64,000 bases of DNA. It comes from Promethearchaeati archaeon. Lineage in GTDB: Archaea > Asgardarchaeota > Heimdallarchaeia > Heimdallarchaeales > Heimdallarchaeaceae. Every line of letters starts with the position of its first letter. Position 1 is the first letter of the stretch. The position numbers were made by a program, and so were the translations under genes. The notes under the pieces are model-generated. The model was not told where the DNA came from. It made no database searches and saw only the letters and a program-made list of their open reading frames with translations. The stretch is from assembly GCA_013166775.1 (NCBI GenBank), contig JABLTJ010000002.1, positions 96,001 to 160,000 of the forward strand, written 5' to 3'. Shown in pieces: positions 58,219 to 64,000 of the stretch.

Positions 58219-59667
58219 ATGAGACCTAATATCAGTATTCTTGAAGATGATATCAAAGAAAAAGTCTTTGTTGAAGCAATGGAGATACTTGAAGAGATTG
58301 GATTCTTCGTAGAGAATCAAGAGGCTCTAGAGATTCTCCAAGAAGCAGGATTAAATGTTGATGTTGAAAAGAGGAGAGTTAAACTTCCTCCAGATTTAGT
58401 TAAGAAATCTTTACAATCCGCTCCATCGTCAATCACTCTTTTTGATAGAGAGGGTAAGGAAGTTACCAAGCTAGAAGGAGATAATATTTGTTTTGATCCA
58501 GGTTCAGCAGCGTTGAATGTTTTAGATCCAGAGACTAAGAAAATAAGAACAGCAGTAACCAAGGATTTTGTAGATTTTACAAAAGTAGTGGAACAACTAG
58601 AACATATTCAAGCTCAGAGTACTGCAATTATTTGTTCGGATGTTCCTGAAGAGGTGGGTGATAGATACCGTCTCTATCTTGCATTGATTTATTCCAAAAA
58701 ACCTATTGTTACTGGGACTTTTGCTAAAGAATCATTTGAAATTATGAAAGACATGCTTATTGCTGTCCGAGGAGATAAAAAGGAGTTAAGAAACAAACCT
58801 CTTGCAATTTTTGATGCATGTCCATCACCACCATTAAAATGGAGTGATTTAACTTGCCAAAGCATAATTGATTGTGCGAAATATGGAATACCTTCAGAAT
58901 TCGTATCAATGCCTATGACAGGTGCGAATGCTCCCGTAACATTACTAGGAGCAATTGTTCAACATGCAGCTGAGACTTTAGCCGGCTTAGTAATAACCCA
59001 ACTTGTATCCCCTGGAACTCCGGTCATCTGGGGAGGATCTCCCGCAGCTTTTGATATGAGAAAAGGGACTACTCCCATGGGATCAATAGATACTATGATG
59101 ATTGATTTGGGTTATGCTGAAATTGGCAAATATCTCAATCTTCCAACACATGCGTATCTTGGAATGTCAGATGCAAAAATACTAGACGCACAATCTGGTC
59201 TTGAATCAGGAATGGGAACCTTACTCGCAGGAATTAAAGGTATAAACATGATTTCAGGTGCAGGCATGATTGATTTTGAAACCACACAAAGCATCCAAAA
59301 AGTAATTATAGACAATGAAATTTGTGGAATGACTTACAAATTCATCAAAGGGATTATTCAACGCGATGAACCAATAGCAAAAAATCTGTTAATAGATTTA
59401 GAAGAAAGAACACATCTACTATCTCATGATCATACTCTAAAATGGTTTAGAGAAGAACAATATATTCCAAGTCAAGTGATAGATAGAGCTACAACTGAAG
59501 AATGGATAAATAAAGGAAGGAAAACAATAGGAGATAGAGCAAATGAACAAGTTAAGAAATTTCTTGATAAGTATCCAGGGGTTACACTTGACAAAGATAT
59601 TCTATCTGATATAAGTGAGATCATGAAATACAAAGGCAAAGATTTTAGAGAGAATTTAGATATATGA
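58219..59667 (+). CDS. Trimethylamine methyltransferase (MttB) superfamily protein, non-pyrrolysine
   Basis: SPPLKW, GANAPVTLLG, PGTPVIWG, DMRKG, DAQSGLES, GAGMID; no in-frame TAG. Confidence 0.9.
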   Translation: MRPNISILEDDIKEKVFVEAMEILEEIGFFVENQEALEILQEAGLNVDVEKRRVKLPPDLVKKSLQSAPSSITLFDREGKEVTKLEGDNICFDPGSAALNVLDPETKKIRTAVTKDFVDFTKVVEQLEHIQAQSTAIICSDVPEEVGDRYRLYLALIYSKKPIVTGTFAKESFEIMKDMLIAVRGDKKELRNKPLAIFDACPSPPLKWSDLTCQSIIDCAKYGIPSEFVSMPMTGANAPVTLLGAIVQHAAETLAGLVITQLVSPGTPVIWGGSPAAFDMRKGTTPMGSIDTMMIDLGYAEIGKYLNLPTHAYLGMSDAKILDAQSGLESGMGTLLAGIKGINMISGAGMIDFETTQSIQKVIIDNEICGMTYKFIKGIIQRDEPIAKNLLIDLEERTHLLSHDHTLKWFREEQYIPSQVIDRATTEEWINKGRKTIGDRANEQVKKFLDKYPGVTLDKDILSDISEIMKYKGKDFRENLDI

Positions 59668-59769
59668 GTAGCATGGTTTGAAAGCTTTCTAGCAGTAAAT
59701 CTATTTGAAATTCACAAGAATAAAGCTTATCTTTTTATACTTATTTGACAAGATATTTAGTTGATAATC

Positions 59770-59940
59770 ATGCCAGTTGGAGAATTTCGAGAGGATAAAT
59801 ATGAACTTGATGATCTTTCGTCAATCAATGTAGAGGGATTAGCATTATATGTGAATTTCATTGTACAGAAATTGGATGAGCTAATTGTAGCATTTAACGA
59901 GTTAGAAGCTAAAGTTCTAGGAATGGAAGTAAATAGATAG
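59770..59940 (+). CDS. Small acidic coiled-coil protein (56 aa)
   Basis: Below the track cut-off: MPVGEFREDKYELDDLSSINVEGLALYVNFIVQKLDELIVAFNELEAKVLGMEVNR; co-oriented with its neighbours. Confidence 0.6.
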   Translation: MPVGEFREDKYELDDLSSINVEGLALYVNFIVQKLDELIVAFNELEAKVLGMEVNR

Positions 59941-59972
59941 TACAAAGAAACATATTAAGAGCGGGTGAGCAG

Positions 59973-61700
59973 ATGAATCTTCGATTTACCCAAAGAATGT
60001 CTATTCTAAATTATAGTTCATTGTTCATGAATTCGATTTCAATAATTTTTGGTTTCATCTATTTCTTTTTTCCTAATCGGACAACACTATGGATTTTCTT
60101 TGGTGCTTTTCTTCTTGTAACTCTTGTATTTAATTACACATATATATATCTCGCAGGAAGATATATCAACAAAGAATCTTCTTTTGGGAAGAAAATTAGC
60201 ATACTTAGTTATGTCTACCTGCTTTTTTCTCCCATAGCAGCACTTTTAATGAGTTTCGGGAATATGCTTGTATCTGTTACATATTCAAATAGACTAATTG
60301 ACAATATCGGTTCCTATTTGATGGTTTTTATTGGTTTTTTTGGCTTGTTTGTTTTATGTATGGTGATATCCATTATCATAGTTAACAATAGAAAGGACGA
60401 GAAAATATGGATAAAAACCAATCAACAAATTAAAGGTGAACAAATTCAAAACTGCAAACGGAAAAATCTAAGAATCACTTCGATTATCATTAGTCTATTA
60501 TTTCTAGGACTAGGTATTTTGACTTCTCTTTCTATGATTATAGGAGGAACAAATTCGATGTTAGGTCTTCTTGGAATTGGGGTAGCTCATTTAAGTTTAA
60601 CTTGGTTCATCATTTTTGCAAGTATGTCAGCTTTATTACTTAGAAGCATCGGAAAAGCAAATTCTATTCAATTCTATGCAGCTATGATCCTTGGGTTGAT
60701 GGTCACATCAGTCAGTTTATTTCCTTCCATAGCAATACCAAGCACAGTTAATCAAAACAAACAGAATTTTGATGAAGCTTTTAATCCCGTTTTTGGGGGG
60801 AACTGGGAAACAACTATTCCGTTAGAAATTGAAAAATTCTTTCTCAAAAAGCCTTATCATATAACGCAGTATTTCTTAGGAACTAAGCCTAAAGATTGTA
60901 CTATAATTAGAGACGTACTCTATTTCAATGGTTCTGAAAGCAGCTTTGAAGTTGACAAAAATATCCTATTGCATTTTGATGCATATCTTCCCACTAATGG
61001 AGGTTCAGGTCTTCCAGGTGAAAATTCTATCTTAATAAGAATCCACGGTGGAGGATGGTCTTTTAGTGATAAAGGGTTAACCAACATGATGCAAATGAAT
61101 AAGTATTTTGCTGCTGAAGGATATGCAGTTTTTGATATTCAATATGGATTATTTGATAGTAGAGGGTCAAATCCATTTACTCCTGAATATGTAAAAGGAG
61201 ATTTCACAAAGGAGGATTTAATCAGGCATATAGGTAATTTCACTTATTTCTTAGCTTCTCATGCATCAGACTATAATGCAAATCTAGATTCAGTTTTTGT
61301 TTCAGGAGGTTCAGCAGGTGGTCAATTAGCTTGTGCAACTGCATTGGGATTAGATAGTGGTGTATATTCCGACATCTTTAGTCCAGCATTAAATATTAGA
61401 GGATTAGTTCCTTATTATCCTGCAAACCGAATGCATGATGAGATAAATGTTTTTCAGAATCCTGCATTGCTAGTGGAAACGGATAGTCCGCCTTGCTTAA
61501 TTTTCCAAGGCAAGCAAGATGGATTAGTAGAACCAGAAATCTCTGAAGATTTACTAAATTCATATTTATCAGTAGGAAATACTAATTGCGCATTATTGTA
61601 TATGCCTTTCGCTGGCCATGCAAATGATTTCTTTTTTACTAGTAATTATAATCAAATCTTTCTATATTTCATGGAGAGATTCATGTATCTTTTTCACTAA
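59973..61700 (+). CDS. Polytopic membrane protein fused to an HSL-type esterase/lipase
   Basis: About 7 TM helices, then HGGGW, GGSAGG, QG.QDGLV, AGH. Confidence 0.85.
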   Translation: MNLRFTQRMSILNYSSLFMNSISIIFGFIYFFFPNRTTLWIFFGAFLLVTLVFNYTYIYLAGRYINKESSFGKKISILSYVYLLFSPIAALLMSFGNMLVSVTYSNRLIDNIGSYLMVFIGFFGLFVLCMVISIIIVNNRKDEKIWIKTNQQIKGEQIQNCKRKNLRITSIIISLLFLGLGILTSLSMIIGGTNSMLGLLGIGVAHLSLTWFIIFASMSALLLRSIGKANSIQFYAAMILGLMVTSVSLFPSIAIPSTVNQNKQNFDEAFNPVFGGNWETTIPLEIEKFFLKKPYHITQYFLGTKPKDCTIIRDVLYFNGSESSFEVDKNILLHFDAYLPTNGGSGLPGENSILIRIHGGGWSFSDKGLTNMMQMNKYFAAEGYAVFDIQYGLFDSRGSNPFTPEYVKGDFTKEDLIRHIGNFTYFLASHASDYNANLDSVFVSGGSAGGQLACATALGLDSGVYSDIFSPALNIRGLVPYYPANRMHDEINVFQNPALLVETDSPPCLIFQGKQDGLVEPEISEDLLNSYLSVGNTNCALLYMPFAGHANDFFFTSNYNQIFLYFMERFMYLFH

Positions 61701-61879
61701 CTAGAAATTGAAAGATAGTTTTAAACGCTTGAGACTCTATGGTGGGAGATAGCGATGGTATTTCAGAATAAATACATAAAAACAGGTTGAAAGTTTTTCA
61801 GCTTACCTTCAATATATTATTCTTAAAAAATCAAATCCACTATTAATAATATCATATTTCTATAAAAGAAGAGGAAAAT

Positions 61880-63697
61880 CTAAACTAATTTAGCGGCATG
61901 TTCTACATAATCCAATGATTGGTGTCTGAAGTACATATCATAGAGCTGCCAATATTTTCCCTTGCGTTTCATGAGTTCTTGATGTGTTCCTTCCTCTTGT
62001 ATTTTAGCTTCGTCAATTAGTATGATTCTGTCAGCATTTTCTACAGTTGTTAATCTGTGAGCAATAATTATAGCTGTTCTTCCTTTAAGTAAAACTTTGA
62101 GACCTTCTTGAATAAGAGATTCAGTATATGCATCTATTGCACTTGTTGCTTCATCGAGAATAAGGATCTTTGGATCAGATAGAAGAGCTCGAGCAAAAGC
62201 AACCAGCTGTTTTTGTCCTTCGGATAATTTGGTACCTTTTTCGCCTACTTCAGTATCCAGACCTTGAGGAAGAGTACTGATAAATTCTGATGCATAAACA
62301 GCATTAGCTGCTTCAAGAATCTCTTCTCTTGTTGCATCGAGTTTTCCATATCTAATGTTGTCTTCAATTGTACCAGAGAATAGAATGTTGTCTTGTAAAA
62401 CTATACCGATATGATTTCTGTATTCATCGAGTTTTAATTTTCGTATATCTTCCCCATCAATTGAGATTTTTCCATCTTTCACATCATAAAATCTTGTTAA
62501 TAAGGATACTAATGTAGTTTTACCACCACCAGTTTTTCCAACGATTGCACATGTTTCACCAGCGGGTATAGTAAGATCGAAATCTTTGTACAAAGGTTCA
62601 TTCGGAAGATAAAAGAATGTCATATTATTGAAATCTATTCTTCCTTCAATTTTCTCAACAGGTATAGGTTCTGAATCTTCTTTGACTTGCGGTTCACTAT
62701 CCATTAAACTGAAAATTCTTTCGACTGCTGCTAATCCTGCTTCAAATTGATTAAAGAACTGAGTTATCTGCATAAGAGGGAAGAAGAAGCGATTGAGCAT
62801 TAAGATGAAGAATATTAACGTAGCAATATCTATTCTAGCGGTAACCAGGGTCCAGTACCCTCCATAATAAAGTATAAGAAAAGTTCCTATCCCAAAGAGC
62901 ATCTCCACGAATGGAAAATAAATACTGATTCCTACGGCCCTATTCAATGCTGCTCTATAATTATTCATATTTATCTCTTTGAATCTAGTAAAACCTTCTT
63001 TCTCTTGACTAAAAGATTTTGTTACTTCAATTCCAGAAATAGATTCAGCAACATTAGCGTTGAGTATTGCTATAGTTTTCCTCCATTTCTTTGATGTGGA
63101 ACGTGCTACTAATCTTGCACCCATAGCTACTGCAAAAAGAGGAGGAAGAACAGATATTGCGATTAGCGCTAGGATAGAATCAGTGACTAATAGAAGTACT
63201 AGAATGACTATCATAACTAAAATGTTAATCAGAAATGATGTAGTAATTTGAACCATATTCCCTATGGTATCTGTATCAGAGGTTACTCTACTAACTAGCT
63301 TTCCACTCTTATTTTCATCATAAAAAGCCATGTCTTGAAGAAGTAGAGTATCATAACAATCCTTTCGAACTTCTCTCAACATGTTACCAGATAATGTTGC
63401 TAGTAAATACATACTTCGATATTGCCCTAACCAATTAATAGCATAGAATAAAGCTACACAGGAAGATAAGAGATAAATAAGATAATCAATTCTACCAGCT
63501 TCTACTAGTTCAATAACGAATTTAATGAGATAGGGAATACCTACATTTGAACTTGTAGTAACAAACAACCATAGAATTAGTTTTGTGAAAGTTGGGAGAT
63601 CCTTTTGGCCCATATATGTAAATAATCTCTTAAACAAATAGAGATCACCATATTTTCTGTCATATTTCTCGTCTGGTATATCATCTATGAAACCCAT
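61880..63697 (-). CDS. ABC exporter, fused permease/ATPase (half of a heterodimer)
   Basis: TM domain, GKTGGGKT, LSEGQKQ, ILDEATS, IAHRL; start taken at ATG 63697. Confidence 0.92.
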   Translation of the reverse strand: MGFIDDIPDEKYDRKYGDLYLFKRLFTYMGQKDLPTFTKLILWLFVTTSSNVGIPYLIKFVIELVEAGRIDYLIYLLSSCVALFYAINWLGQYRSMYLLATLSGNMLREVRKDCYDTLLLQDMAFYDENKSGKLVSRVTSDTDTIGNMVQITTSFLINILVMIVILVLLLVTDSILALIAISVLPPLFAVAMGARLVARSTSKKWRKTIAILNANVAESISGIEVTKSFSQEKEGFTRFKEINMNNYRAALNRAVGISIYFPFVEMLFGIGTFLILYYGGYWTLVTARIDIATLIFFILMLNRFFFPLMQITQFFNQFEAGLAAVERIFSLMDSEPQVKEDSEPIPVEKIEGRIDFNNMTFFYLPNEPLYKDFDLTIPAGETCAIVGKTGGGKTTLVSLLTRFYDVKDGKISIDGEDIRKLKLDEYRNHIGIVLQDNILFSGTIEDNIRYGKLDATREEILEAANAVYASEFISTLPQGLDTEVGEKGTKLSEGQKQLVAFARALLSDPKILILDEATSAIDAYTESLIQEGLKVLLKGRTAIIIAHRLTTVENADRIILIDEAKIQEEGTHQELMKRKGKYWQLYDMYFRHQSLDYVEHAAKLV

Positions 63698-63698
63698 T

Positions 63699-64000
63699 CT
63701 AATCCCCCATTCCTTCCATTGGTTTTTCGAATCTTTCTCGAATTTCTGAGAACCTTGCAAAAACTCTCCAGTAATCGATTGAAGTTTTTAGCAATTCTTC
63801 GTGTTTTCCTTTGGCAATTATAGCGCCTTGTTTCATTACAATTATGATATCAGAATGTCTGATTGTACTCAATCTATGAGTTATCACAAAACTTGTTCTG
63901 TTTTGTAAAACTCTATTTATAGCAGTTTGAATATCATCTTCGGTTTCACTATCTACACTAGAAGTTGCATCGTCGAATACTAAAACCTCAGGATTTGATA
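63699..64000 (-). CDS. ABC exporter partner subunit, C-terminal part (partial)
   Basis: VLVFDDATSSVDSETE...ITHRLSTIR..D.IIVM..G..IA.G.HEEL. Confidence 0.88.
   Translation of the reverse strand, partial: SNPEVLVFDDATSSVDSETEDDIQTAINRVLQNRTSFVITHRLSTIRHSDIIIVMKQGAIIAKGKHEELLKTSIDYWRVFARFSEIRERFEKPMEGMGD

Noticed and set aside
58219-59667. Pyrrolysine recoding in the MttB homologue
   Set aside because: The ORF is uninterrupted with no in-frame TAG, and there are no pyl genes in the window
1-64000. CRISPR arrays, rRNA genes, transposases
   Set aside because: None detected by eye: no regularly spaced repeats, no long GC-rich RNA gene, no transposase-like ORF

Overview
Low-GC archaeal chromosomal window. 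The gene content points to an Asgard archaeon, most likely Heimdallarchaeia (inference): a Lokiactin-type actin, Rag-like small GTPases, longin-domain membrane proteins, Alba, NucS, RIO kinase and intron-containing tRNAs. Main observation: a signalling cluster at ~5.4-26.6 kb. It holds a tail-to-tail RagA-like / RagC-like GTPase pair and two tandem ~1590-aa single-pass surface proteins whose cytoplasmic tails resemble FLCN/SMCR8-type longin domains with the 'ARG' arginine-finger motif. It also holds a third, divergent GTPase, a P-type ATPase with a flippase-like PISI motif instead of PEGL, and a third receptor-longin protein. This looks like a membrane receptor-GAP/Rag module. Other notable loci: (1) a chimeric glutaminyl-tRNA synthetase next to three tRNA-Gln genes, two with G73, two with related T-loop introns, and one non-canonical; (2) an actin co-oriented behind an AT-hook coiled-coil gene whose promoter is flanked by an inverted repeat; (3) a candidate leader peptide upstream of RIO kinase; (4) a non-pyrrolysine MttB / split methionine synthase cluster. 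No CRISPR array, rRNA or transposase was seen. Comparisons with eukaryotic reference motifs are from memory and need verification by alignment.
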